In this document: positions 36,601 to 49,200 of the stretch, one piece after another
Position numbering within the stretch: the first letter of the stretch is position 1
How the letters are laid out: each line of letters begins with the position of its first letter
Assembly: GCA_036172245.1 (NCBI GenBank)
Contig: JAYWIR010000007.1
Span: forward strand, 1,426,001 to 1,490,000
Length of the DNA: 64,000 nt
Reading direction: 5' to 3'
Source: Raillietiella orientalis
Taxonomy: Eukaryota
Translations under genes and position numbers: made by a program
The notes under the pieces: generated by a model
Told to the model about the DNA's origin: nothing
The model's database searches: none
Seen by the model: only the letters and a program-made list of their open reading frames with translations

Positions 36601-39179
36601 CTTTAGTTCTCCAGGAATCTGAAGGAGAGAAGGAGTGCCACTGCATACGCTTTGTATCTTCGCCACTCTTTTGCTCTCGTCTTCTGCAGCTCTTTCAAAA
36701 CAGTGTTGCTGATGATGTGTTTGTTCTCTTCCTCAATACAAGCACATCTACATTCAAGAAGCTTGGTATCAATTCATTCAAAGTGTCATTACATTAGACT
36801 TCTTGTGTGTCTGTATTTCAGATGATTCATTCATTTTCTCATTGTTCTCCATCTCACCATCTCATGGAACTCGTGCACAAATTTCATTCAAGGTCTGATG
36901 TAAAAACTTAATGGGAAATATTAAGATGGTACGGAGTGTGAGTTACTTTGTATGTCAATTTTTATCATTTTATTTGGAGTCCAAATTTTCGAAGGGAACC
37001 TCCGAATTGCGAAATTCATTCTGCCTCACCAGTTACATGCTGAGGAGGTATGTGGAATATTTTGTTTCATGTTTATGGATTCCATACCCATGGAAGCCGT
37101 AAGTCCACCTGTTTCCCTGAAGGAAGGCGACCTACTCCTGTTTTTCCCACCTTGGTGAACCGGGAGCGATTTTTTCGAATTCCGAATTCAGTTTCCATCC
37201 GAGCAAAAGATGCCGCACCGACCAGTAGGTGACCGTCGAGGAACTCGGCCCAAATACCGTGCGAAGTCACCGTTTCACGCTTGACCTCGTACTGAGAAAA
37301 AAAGGGATTCTAGGTGCATACATGAACCTGATTTGTGTTGAAAATGGGATGAGTTTCACCAAGTCACAAAGCAAAGTCTTCAAGAGTAGAATTTTTTTTT
37401 TTTAAAAAAAAAAAAAAAACTCGAAGACTCTTCAAAATTTGATTACGTCCCCACGCCGAAACGCAGGGAGTGTTTGTGTGGTTTTCAAAAAAAGTGATTT
37501 ATTTGTTTTTGTGCTTTTTTGACGGGAGGTCGGGCTGAATTTTTCCTCTTCGACGGCTGTGTGTTTTGCGCATTCTCGTGATGGTTCTCGGGGACACTGT
37601 GGATGTCTTTTTCACGCTTATCATTTTTCCAAAGAATTCTTTCTCGCTTGCGCTTGAGGCTGTTGCATGGAGATCACCAGGTCTTTCTGGTGTCTTCTGC
37701 GATCTAAATCTTCAATGAGAAAACGGCAATATAAGAGACCTTGTTTGATAATTAATCGCGTAACACAATGGATGTATAGCGACGTGAAGATTTAAACTGC
37801 CGTCAATAAGACCGAAATCGGTTTCAAACGGCTTTCATTGAGTGCTGCCATTCGTACCATATGCGTTACAGTTGTTTCTACATATAGTCTCAATGTTTCC
37901 TTTGTTTCAAAGATTCTGATTGTGATTTATTTTGTAGTGGGTCATGACGCATGCGCGGCACTTGTTTGCAACGGCTTTCTAAAAAAAAAGAGAAGAAGAA
38001 AAATCTATTTTTTGTTTTTTTGGCATCATCGATTGCAAGTTGATGGAAGGCAGGCTTCTCTTGTTTCCATTTCATTCTTTTCTCCACGTAAGAAGAACCA
38101 AAAAAAAAAAAAAAACTCCAGTGCTTATTTCGTATCGTAATCAAAGGTTCCATTTTCAGTGACGTGTGAACGAAGGAGCAAAGCGGAAATCTTGCCTACT
38201 CTGATAAATCAGGATTTTTTGTAGCTGCTTCAGGGGCTGCTGATTTCGGCGGCCTCTCTCGCCACAAAGCATTCGAAGCAAATCCAACTTTAATACTTCA
38301 GAGATTCGTTTCTCCCAGCCAACTCCTCTACATGAGAACACACTTCCTCCTCATGTGCGACCACAGATCGAACAAGTGAAGGCGAGAAAATTCTTTTTAT
38401 TATCACTCACAACGTTTTCACGAATTGGCAACTCCAAACAGCCCGTGGAATCCCTGGTCCTTCCCGAGTCCAAGTCGGCTGCGTTCAGATTAATCGTGGC
38501 AGCTGCATGCAAGAAGAGCCATTTCTAGACCACAGCCTTTTGGACGAGATACTCGCGATACGCAGCGAAACCACAGCAGAGGATTTGGCCACCAACCAGA
38601 ACACGCACAATTGGCTTCCTGTGCGAGCAGCACGGAGCCGAACAGCTACCGAAGGCTTGTGAGGGGAACGGAAAGTCTTGTTCCGTGTTACCGGAAACAC
38701 ATCGCAGCAGGGAACACGATAGGGGTCTCCGAAAAAGATTGCGTCAGCAACGGTCACGGTTTAGAAGGGGGTGCAGGTTCCACAACAGCTCGCTGCCGTT
38801 TGAAGAGATGCTAGTAAGCGTGGGAAGTCGGGACGAAGGCACGAAGGTTGGAGGAAGAGTGCTAAATCGGTAGCGGGCAGCCGTTCAAAAGTATCTCGGG
38901 AAACCAAGGATTTATGACGAATCCCGGCCAAGAAAACACGGAAACGCCCGCGCGGAAAGGCATCAGAAAGGCAACACGGAGTAACGCACAGTCATCCAAG
39001 AGTGTGCAGCCGCGGCATTCTCCTATGGAGCAGATGACCCACCGTGCTAGCGGTCGCCGCCTTTCAAGAGATGCTGGCAGAGAGCGGCCGGAAGCTTCCA
39101 CGAAAGGAATCAGCAGGGTACCGAATCTCCGGACTGATGGAAATGCTTCTCGTTTCTGTCTTTGCTGTTTTCCTTTCCG

Positions 39180-39866
39180 TTTCTTCTTTTTTGGTTCGCA
39201 GAGTAGCTCAAGAGCCGTCGCGCCCTTGGCGGCGGCTCACGCAGCTCTTTAACGCTGTTCCACGCCACCCGAGGGTGCGTGTAATTCTCCAAGATAGGGG
39301 TACCCCGGGAGGGAGGGGACCGCCCTATGAATCCATGAAGGGCTTGGAGTCCGTTCCTCCCATGCCTGGGGAGGGATCCCCGGAATGGCGATGACCTCCG
39401 AAGGGGAACCCACGAAGGGAATCTCCTTTTTCATTCTCTCCGGAGTAACCGCTCCTGTTTACTCCCCTGAAGAGAACCCGGAGGGACGCTTCCGAATTTT
39501 CTCCGAAGGGATCGGCTCGTTTCTTTGCTTTCTGTGGCGACACACCTACTCCATCAGTACGACAGGGAGGGTTCCCCCGGAATGGGGAGTCCGCTCATTT
39601 ACAACCGGAGGGGAAGATCTCTCAATCCTTGATTCCTGGGAGGACCCGAAGGTCGACTACCGTTTGTCCCGGTCCTCATCGGGGGCATCCGGTTTGAACC
39701 GCTACCAGTGCCGCTCCGAATGAATGGAGGCCAACCTGCGTCATCTCGCGGGAGGAACTCGAAGCCACGACGCACTGCGTCGATTCCTTTCGGAGTATTC
39801 GAACCTGCGACGCTTGGTGGTGCCACACGCGAAGACCACCGTAACCACACGGCCTCCGACGTGGGC
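39180..39866 (-). mobile_element. tRNA-derived SINE-like element (copy with an internal ~100-bp deletion)
   Basis: Head GGAGGCCGTGTGGTTACGG (A-box-like, as in tRNA-Ser/Leu) and GCAGGTTCGAAT; ends tactctgcgaaccaaaaaagaagaa. Core nearly identical to 30941-31232. Confidence 0.75.
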
Positions 39867-42800
39867 GCTCTGTGAAAACGAAAGGAACTCGTGGCGGCTC
39901 GGGAGCGAGTCTGCGCCACAAAGACGTTCAGCTCAGAAATCCACATGGTTCCCTTCCCGGAAGAGCTGCGGAGCGCGAGATCGTCGTTGATTCACCAGGG
40001 AAAGCAAACATCGACGAGCAGCGGTGATCGAACCAGAAACCGATCGCCGTCAATCTTCTGGAGCGGCGGAAGGTAGGTGCGGGGGAGCAGCGAGCTCATC
40101 CCTTTGGTCTGGCCTCATCGGCGACGGGGCGCCGAGACCCCCCGGCGAACTCCCGCCAAACGCAGAAAGACCTGAGCTTCCGACGTTTCGGGAACCGGGT
40201 CACCAACAGAGGCGGGTCATTCGGCACTTCCAGGACGATTTAGCAGATCCGCATCGGGTGGACGCTGAGGGACAAACACAGCGTCAGTCGGTCCGGGACG
40301 CCGAACTGTTCCAGGCGCAGGGTGACCCGGGTGCGTGAAAAACGAGGCGGGAAACGCCGTCTTCGCATCCGTGGATTCGAATCGGAGGAATCCATTCGCA
40401 AAGGTGCTGCACGATTCCTTCTTCCGCTAAGAAGGGAGGAGGAGGAGTCGGTTACGACCTCGGACGATCGCTGGGGATGTCAGCGACGGCGAGAAATACG
40501 GGCAATAAACAAGGCGCGCGCCCGAAGGCTGGAGGCGCTTCCAAATGTCCCGGCGATGCCAAGCACCCGGGAAGCTGTCGTCGTTTCGAAGCATTTCCAG
40601 AATGCCCCACCGGAAGTATTCCGAGAAGAAAAGGAGATCCGGACGTGCCGGCGACGTGCATCGGACGGGCACGGAGTCGGAGTAGCAGCGCTCCCGCGCG
40701 TGGGGACGAGGGGCGCGCTGGATCCATCCTCACGCCGGAACAACAACAAAAAGCACCCTTCCTCCCCCCCCCCCCCCCCGAAACAAAGTGTTTTTTGTTT
40801 TGTCTTTGCAGGCGGCGCATGGGGAGGTGGCTCGCAGTCTCATGCAGTGCTGCTGAGCACCTGGCGCCATCGTGCGCACCTAGCCGCTGAGCGCGCGCGC
40901 CCCGCAAGGGATGGCGGCCGGGAAAAGCACGCAGGAGCTCGACCTCAGAAATTCGTACGTAGGAAGGGAGGGAAGCTTCCGCAGTATCCGGGCAGGGACG
41001 CTCCTCGACCGTCAGGTGTTCGCAGACGATCCATTCCCGGAGAGGAAGGTCGTCTCGGAACGATCAGATGGAAATCGCGGCGGTGACAAGCGAGACCCGG
41101 GACAACGGAAAGCCGAGGTGCAGCCGGGAAAGATCAAGGACGTCCCCCCCTGGCTCGAAATGCAGTTCGCCTTATTTGCCTTCCAATGCCGGATGGGGAG
41201 GAGGGGCATGCAAGTGTTAAAGCTGAGGCTTCCTCCCCTCCGAGCGCGCCTTCACGCCCTTTAGGGGCAGTCCTGGAAGTGCTGTGGAGCTCCAAGCACA
41301 TCCCTAATTCTGCGGTGAAAGGCCGCCCTTTGTGGGTCGCCCCATGGTGAGTGCTGCTTTCCTGCCGCATGCATCGGGCTTACAGTGCAGACGTCGGGGG
41401 CAGGAAGAGGTCCGGCGCACTGTTGATGAGGTGGAAAAAGACTGCGTCCCGGAAGGGAAGGTAAAGGAAAGAAAGAAAGCTGAAGAGGGTGGGTCGCTCT
41501 ACGAGCACCCATCCATCACGGCGGTGAAAGGAGGAAACACAAGGCAGCCGGTAGTCGATTTCGAAGGCAGGCGGCTCGGGTGTATGAGGAGGGGTGGGCG
41601 GGAGGTTTTGGACAAAGCCCCACAGGGGGACTTTGGTATCCCGGAGCTCGGCCTATCCATGAACCGCTTCCCGAGCACCGGAAGGCGTGTCTTGTTCCTC
41701 CTCCTCCTCCTACCTCCACGCAGGGGACGGACACAGTTCCTCGGCGCCGCGGTAGCAGCGAAAGAGCGTACTGCGTGACACGGGGTGGGGAAGGAAGGGA
41801 AGATCCGGCCGCACCTCCCCGCCACCTGGCCCAGTGTGGCGGCTGCTCCTCGCGGAGAGGCAGGAGGGCGGAAGAGGTGGGGTTGAGGGGAGCAGACGAT
41901 CCTCCGCGGGAGGAAGGCTGTGTCTGGTCTCTTCGAGTTCAGGGGTTGGGGGCGCCTGCTGCGTCCCCGGGCGCGGGGGAGCGCATCTCGACGTCATGCG
42001 CCCGCTGAGCAAGAGGACGCCCTTCTCCCCCTCCTTCCGGTTCCGGGGGGTGCAGCGAAGGATAACCTCAGTTGCGCCGCAAGCTGCCATGGCGCGAGGA
42101 CCCGGAAGAAGCCCGCCGGCTTGCCCCACTGCCAGGGCTGGCACAGAAGCGCTGGCACCTCTGAGCGGAGAGACTTGAAAAAGCGAAGGCCGTCGGGGGC
42201 GACACTCCCTGTCGTGGGGCGCCAAAGGCTGCACCTGGAGCCGGCGATCTCGGGAGGCACCTAAGACGGGATCTTTCCAGAAAGGATGCGGATTCCCGAC
42301 GGGAGGGGAGCGGGGGGGGAGATACCGGTTTGGCGTGGGCAGGCGGCCGATCATTTTTCGCGTCCGCGCGCGCATTTCTGACTGACGCACGCACGTCGCC
42401 TCCCTAGCCTGGGGCGGATGCCACCGCCCGCCTGCGCCTCTCTTACTCCCGGGGAACAGCCTTCCGCATCTTCAGGTAGGAAAGGACGCCGGCGTCACTC
42501 TGGCAACTGGCCATGCCCCAAAACCAGCAAGAACGCTCGTAGCGCAGGAGCGTTCCCGAGGCGCGCGGCGCCGCTTCCGGCCTGGGGCTCAGGGCACCAG
42601 TCACTCCCCTTCCGGGAAGGAGGAGAGAGCAGGTCGCGGCGTCCTACGGGCACTCTCGAAAGGGAGGATTCGCGAAGATGACTAAAGAGCTGCAGCGGAG
42701 ATGCTTGGGCAAGGACGGAACTTCGCGGCGTACCCCAGGAGCGAATTCAAGGTCGTGGTCAAAGGAGGGAGTGACATTGGAGAGAAAGGGGGCAGCGGGG

Positions 42801-43281
42801 GGGGGGTAGCGCCACAGTAATCCCTCGCTGCTTGCGGTGGGGTCCAGCAGGTGGCTGCCTGTGCCTGCCTACGTGCGCCCGCAGGGACGACCCCCGCGCG
42901 GCAGCTTTTGTGGCGCCCCCCTCTTCCGGTGCATCGGTCCAGGGCGCCCGTTCTTCTCGGAGTGGCCTCCTCCCTCTGCCTGCACCGCAGCAGCGAGGAG
43001 AGGGCGGGGACCTCCCCCTCCCCCTTCCTCCCCTGCCGCTGCCGCTTGGGTCGAACGCGCGCGCCCCCGCACTGCACATGGCGGGAAGTGAAACTGAGCC
43101 AAGAGATGGTACAGGCTTTATAGATCCAAATCCACATCCTCCTTGCCAGCACCTCGCGGGTGGATCTTCTCCCCTCCTCCTCCCGCTCTTCCTTTCCCGC
43201 CTCCCGGCCCGCCCTTTCCCCACAAAACACGACTCGTCCGATATCCTCACAGTGGCCAGAGGGCGTGCGGGGGGAGCGCCT

Positions 43282-45156
43282 TCAGCCCAGCCACGGGGGG
43301 GACAGCAGCAGCAGCAGCAGCACTGGGACGCACGCGCGCGCCAGGCACCGGGTGCATCCGGCGTGAGTGCGAACGTCCAGAGACGACCCAAGGGTCCTCG
43401 ACCCGTCAGCCACACGCTCCCCGCCGCCGGCGTCGTCGTTGTGCGGGACGTCTACCTCCACGTGGTCGGGCCTGCTCTGTTTGTTGTACTCCAGCCACGG
43501 CTGCCGCCGCTTCTCGTCCTTCGGTCGCGCCTTCGGCGTGCCGGAGGCCTCGTCTTTGGGCGACCCGAACCGTGGCGACTCAGCCGGTGCCGCGCCGGGC
43601 GCGCACGGCTTGGACCACTCGGGGGACTCCCTGAACTCCCTGAAGGACACCTGCTCCGGTGGCGTCGCCCCCTCGGCACCGGGGGAACCCAGGGAGCACT
43701 CGAAGGACCGCAGGGAGCTGTTCACGTGGATACTGGACGTCTCCTCGACCACCTTCCACACCCAGTGCAGGCGGCAATCGCAGACCAACTTGTTTTCTGA
43801 GGGAGGAAAGAGAGAGGAGGCAGGTGGTCGCCGCACTGGGTGGACGGACGCTACGGAGACGGCCTGGGGAGAGGGCGCGCGCCTCACGGTGCCGCCGCCG
43901 CCTGCGCGCGAAGAGGGGCGACGACGGGCGGGAATCCTCTGTTCTCCCCGGCCAACCCGGGGGACTTCGTCGTGGAGGGATGAGCAGGCGGGAGGAGAAG
44001 GAGGAGGAGAGCGCTAGCGGGAAGACATACGCGCGAGCAAGGAGCGATAGGAGGGGGAAGGGGAGGGGAGTGCCCCTTCGCTGCTCCCCGGCGAAGCTTT
44101 GAAGGACGCATCCATGCGCGCGCGTCCCTGGCGCCATTCCCTACCTGAGACCCGGAAGAACATGGTCTCCTTCTTGAGGTTGTCCAGAAGGGGTCTGAAG
44201 GTATCGTAAGGCAGCGTCTCCAGCTGGTTCTTGCGGAGGTCGACGTCGAAGAGAAGGGGCAGGCTACGGAAGATGGGCGACGGCAGGGAGCTCAGCTGGT
44301 TGCCGTCCAGCTTGAGGGACAGGAGGTTGTGCAGGTCGGCGAAGGAGTTGGGATACAGGAACTGGATGTAGTTCTTGCCGAGGTCCAGGTGCCTCAGGCT
44401 GTGCAGGTCGCGGAAGCAGTGGTTGGGGACCTTCCTGATCATGTTCTGCTGCAGGTCCAGCCTTGTCAGACTCTTCAGGCCGGCGAAGGTCTCGGGGCCG
44501 ATCTGCTGGATGTCGTTCTGGAAGAGCTCCAGCTCGTCCAGAGACACCAACCCGCTGAGCGCGCCCTCTTCGATGACCTGGATGCCGTTCCTGTCGATGT
44601 ACAGCTTGGCCAGGGAGGGCACGTCCACGAACGTGTTCTTGCGCAGGTGCGTGATGTGGTTGTCACTCAGGGTGAGCACCCGGAGGCTGGGGAGACCGGA
44701 GAAGGCCAGAGGCTCCACTACTTCGATCATGTTGTCGTGCAGGTCGATGTCCATCAGCGCGCTGATGTTGGCGAAGCTGCCAGAGGGCACGCGCGGGATG
44801 ATGGCGTTCGTGATGCGCAGGAACATCAGCTTGTGTAGAAGGGGAAACACCGACCTAGGCACGGAGCGCAGGGCGCCGTGACCGCGGTCGTTCAGAGTCA
44901 GCGAGGTCAGGTTGGGCACGGAGGCGAAGCGCCGCAGGGCGGGGTGGTCGTCGGTGACATTCCGAAGCACCGAGCAGTACGCCTCGCGCGCCTGGAAGCC
45001 GTCGGGAAAGTCGCAGTAGCAGACGAGGGACGCAAAGGGGTGGACACTGTCCATATCACACACGCTGACCTCTGGAGACGTCGGCTCTTCGTCCAGCTGC
45101 CAGGAGAATTCGCACGACGCCAGGAGGAGCAGGCAGGTCTGCAGGAGGCGGGCCAT
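43282..45156 (-). CDS. Connectin-like GPI-anchored leucine-rich-repeat cell-surface protein. Exons 45156-44145, 43796-43282; 508 aa
   Basis: Signal peptide MARLLQTCLLLLAS, Cys-rich cap (VCDM..VCYCD..AYC), ~10 LRRs (LxxLxLxxNxI), LRRCT ENKLVCDCRLHWV across a phase-1 intron, low-complexity stalk, and a hydrophobic C-terminus VPVLLLLLLSPPWLG with no cytoplasmic tail. Confidence 0.85.
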
Positions 45157-45974
45157 TCTCCACGGGGGCGTCCCGGAACGACCTGGAACGGAAGGGAACC
45201 AAGGAGCGGATGAAGCTGGGACGCGCGCGAGCCGGCGGCGCACCACCGCGCAGGCGCAGGGTGGCTGGACTGGAGTCTGGTCGCTGCAGCCAGGGTCGGA
45301 AGGCAAGCAGCGGGCGACCGACCCTTCCAGGATACTGTGGCGGGCAGGACAGACCCGCCGCCAACCTACGCGCCCTGCTCTTCGCGGGAAGAGGAGGCAC
45401 ATCCGCTCCGCGAAGGCTTCCGGTGGGCAGGAAGTCGGGAGCCGCGTCACCGCCGGGCAACCAGCCGAGAGGGCCGCGGCCGCGATATGGGGCCGCTTTG
45501 CGAGTGAGGCACGTCGAGATGGCCAGAAGGAGGGGAGGAAGCGGGACCGCGACCGACCCTTCTGCGGGGATCTGGTGGCACGACGAGGGTGAAGCCTCCA
45601 TTCCACGAAACGCTCTCCTCTGTATTTCCCGTACGCAGAGCCGCAGGGAGAAGGCAAAACGGAAATGGGAGGCCGATGGCGATCAACGCAGCCCTGAGAA
45701 AAACGCAGCCTTCCTGGCAGTCCCAACGCAGCCAGGAAGGAACCGGGAGAGCGGACGGGCCCTTTCTGCTTGAAGAAGGAGGGATCGTCTCGCTCCCTCC
45801 CGAATTCCGGTGCAGCCCGAAGAAGATGGGAAAGAGGGAGCGGGAAGGCGGGGAGGGGGAAGAGGATTTTTCGAGGAACACCGCCTGGAGGCAGCAGCGG
45901 TGGGGTCCTCCCGTCCCAAGGAAGCGGGCGCGCGGCGGCCGTCACCGGAAGTCCTTTCGTCCCCGTGCACGCAC

Positions 45975-46292
45975 CTGGTTCCTTGACCGCCGGAGTGGGG
46001 GGTCACGGCGCCTTCGGGAGTGGGTGGAGGAGGGATAACCAGCGGGCGGGAGGTTGCGGTTTTTCCGGTCGCGGCTCCGAGAGATACGCCGGCGGCGATC
46101 CCCAGGGAAGGGGGGGAGACGGCAGACCTTCCCCGTACAGGAAACCACAGGAGAGGAGGCAGCCGCGGATAGTTCCTTCGCGCCCCGGCGAGGTTGCCGG
46201 GCGCTGTCGCCCGGGATACGACCGCGACGGCGGCGCGGGGACAGGGGACACACACGTCACTGCACACGCCGGGTCGGCTGCAAAGCGAGTGA
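45975..46292 (-). other. Candidate non-coding first exon of the connectin-like gene
   Basis: A strong acceptor (ttccgttccag) opens the coding exon at 45182, which implies an upstream UTR exon. Donor AG|GTGCGT at 45975; Inr-like TCACTC near 46290. Confidence 0.3.
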
Positions 46293-49200
46293 CCGCGGCG
46301 GCCGCCGCTGACACCGCCCGCTCTGCGCGCGTGCGCTGGAGGAAGCGCCGCGGAAGGAAAGGAGGGAGGGCGGGGGGGGGAGGAGGGAAGTTCCGGCCGC
46401 CGGGCGGCGCGCGGGAGGAGCCACCGACGGCCCATTACGTAAATGAGGGGAAGCGGGGAGGGAGAGGGGGGATTCCCATTTCGCAAATTGGGGAGCTGAC
46501 CTAATTAGCGGAGCGGGGGAGGGGGGAGTTCCTGCTGTGGAGAAAAAGTAGGGAGGGAGAGGAGGCAGGTTGAGCCGTTCCGGGACGTTCCCCTGCTAAG
46601 CGACCCCTGCCACCTCTGCGGACGGCGACCTCTCCCATGGGCTGGAGAGGGACGGGGAGGATTCCTCGGTTCGTCCCCCACTCCGTTCGCCCGCAGGTTT
46701 CGGGACCTCGGGGGCGGGGACCTCACCCTTCTCTGGAATGAGGAAAAGGCGAGGCGGGCGTCCTTTCGCGCGAGGAGAGTAGGAAGGGGGAAGGGGCAGC
46801 TCCCCCGACTCGCGTGGCGTCGGGGCGGCCACTCCCCAGCCGACGGGCAGGGACTGCGTGAAGGCCGCGAGCGGGAACAAAAGGAAAGCGGAGGGGGAAG
46901 GGAGAGCGCTGGCGCGAGAGGAGGCGACCCGGCCGCCGCACGCTCCGCCCGCGGAAACGCCGGCGGCGGAGCCCGCCGCCTCCCGGAGGGCGGCGCGGAC
47001 TTCGGACGGTCTCGCCCGCCAGGCGAGGGGATCCGACGGCGGCGCCCGGAACGTGCGTTTCCCGGGGCTGCGCAGGAATGCACGCCGCGCATGCGCTGGC
47101 GGACCGTGAGACACACCTTCCCTCTCTGCTCGCGAGGGTGCGCGCGCGCCCACGTGCTCGAAAGGAACGGGGGAGGAGGAGGAGGAGGCGCCCTGGCAAA
47201 GAGCCAGGACGTCTCAGCAGGGTCGTGACGGTCGCCCCCCCTTCCCCCCGCCCTCTGCCACCAGTGGAGGGTCTCGACTGATGCTTGCCGCGCTCCGAGG
47301 GAGCGACTGACGGCCCGGGAACGCTCCTCGGGCCTTCTCCGTCCCGTGCATGAGCCAGCTCAATCTGTCGTCGGAAGACGCAGAGAAGAGAGAGGGGGAG
47401 GAGAGCCGCGCTCGCGGCAGCCAAAGCGACGGGCGGAGATCCGTTGGCTTTCGGAAGGGCCGGATGCGCACCGCTTCAGCACGGGAACGCCTCGGGCCCG
47501 GCCCCGCGCTCGCTCCAGCTCGTGTCTCGGAGAAGGGCGGGGTCCCCGCAGTCTTTGCGGGGGGAGGAGGGTGGCGCGACGACCGCGTTCCCCGCCGGAT
47601 GGAGGACGGCGCGCTCCTTCGACCGCCTTCCTCCTCCTCGCGCGGCGGCCGCAACGCCGCGGATGCCTCTGCTCCGCACTCAGGGTTGCCACCTGCCTCC
47701 CGTCCGCGAGGGCGAGGGAGTCCGTATTCGTCTCCTGCTCCCGCTCGCGTGCTTGAGGGAGGGACAGGAGGAGGAGGAGAGAGAGACCCGCGAAAGTCCT
47801 CTTCCCCCCTCCCCTTCTCCCCTTATTCACGGTACGCGGGTGGCTTCCCTAAGGCTCCGGCCGCCGCTCCTCCCACGCACTGTTTAAACGTTTCAAGGAT
47901 GTTGACAGAGGGGACGCGCGAACGCCCCGGCGGCACTCGAGTGACCGCGGGCCGAACGGGCGGGCGTCGGAGGGAAGGCGCCGCGCTTTAGCGTCCGTTT
48001 GACTGTGCAGCGCGGAGGCGGCAAAGCAGGAGGAGGGTCGACGCCCACGAGTTACCTGGAGTGAAGGAGTCATCGCGCGCCTCATCCCACTCTCCGCGGG
48101 GGGTGCAGCGCGCGGCAGCGAGCTGGTCTCCTCTTCCCCCCCCCCCCCTCCCAAGGTAGGAAGGGCAACTCCTTGCCGGCTTCTCTCCGAGAGCTTGCCT
48201 CCCCGCCGCCGTCCGTTTGCACCGCCAACGACGTGCGCAGGGGGGGCGAACGGACCGTCGCCGAGGAGGTGGCTCCGTGGCTCGCAATGCGGAGCGCGCG
48301 GGAGGCCGGCGATGTCCTTCCGACAAAGGAGCGGACGCAAGGATGGCGTCCCGAAGCGAAAGTGGGGATCGCACCCGCCGACGCTCGCGGCTCCCTTCCG
48401 AGCGGGCTCTTTCGCGCGCACGCGCAAAGGGCTCTCCGTGTACTTACGGGCGGGTAACAGCGGGAAGTTCCCCGACGCACGTGCTCGTAGCCGGGAAGAC
48501 CACGGGCTGCCAGCGAACAGGTGGATCTCCCTCGCGCGCGCGGCGACGATGACGACACGTGTTATCGACGGCCGCGCTGATAAACTCCGCTGGCCGGGAT
48601 CGCGAGCGTCTTTCGCGCGCAAAGCGCTAGACCTGGAACCGCAGGGAGATCACGCCTTTGTTCTCTCTCCTCCGGACCCGCCCGCGCCGCCACCGACTCT
48701 CAGCGTCTTCCGCGCCACCCCCTGGAAGTCGCCGGGTGGTGCCGACGCCGGACGGACGGCGCGGCCGGGAGGGAGTGTGCAGCGCCTGACGGGTTCCTTT
48801 CACCGCGGAGAGCGACAAGGCCGGTCAGCGGCAGTTGCAGCCGCCACCGTGCTAAACGAGACCCGCGCATTCTTTCGGAAGCGCGGATCGAAAGAGTGGC
48901 TCCCGAGGGATCGAATTAACAGGAGAACCGCCATTACGTCGTGCGCGTGGGCACGGCCACGAGCGGCCGAAATTCCTTCACAGCGCAGTCGGTCATGCGG
49001 CTCTCGTTCTTTGCCCCTCCTCCTCCCCCCCCCCTTTGCTCCCGTTCCTCTTCCTTCCCACTTAACGCAACCCTTGAGATGACTGCTTCCGTTTTCCCGC
49101 GCCGAAGAAGCAGGCCGCAAGGGGGGAAAATCCCGTAAATCCCGCACTAGATGTTCCTTTGAGAGGAGAGCGTAACGAGGGGGCACGCTACCCTTATTCG

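Noticed and set aside
44329..44881. Plus-strand ORFs over the LRR exon
   Set aside because: Antisense shadows of a high-GC3 CDS.
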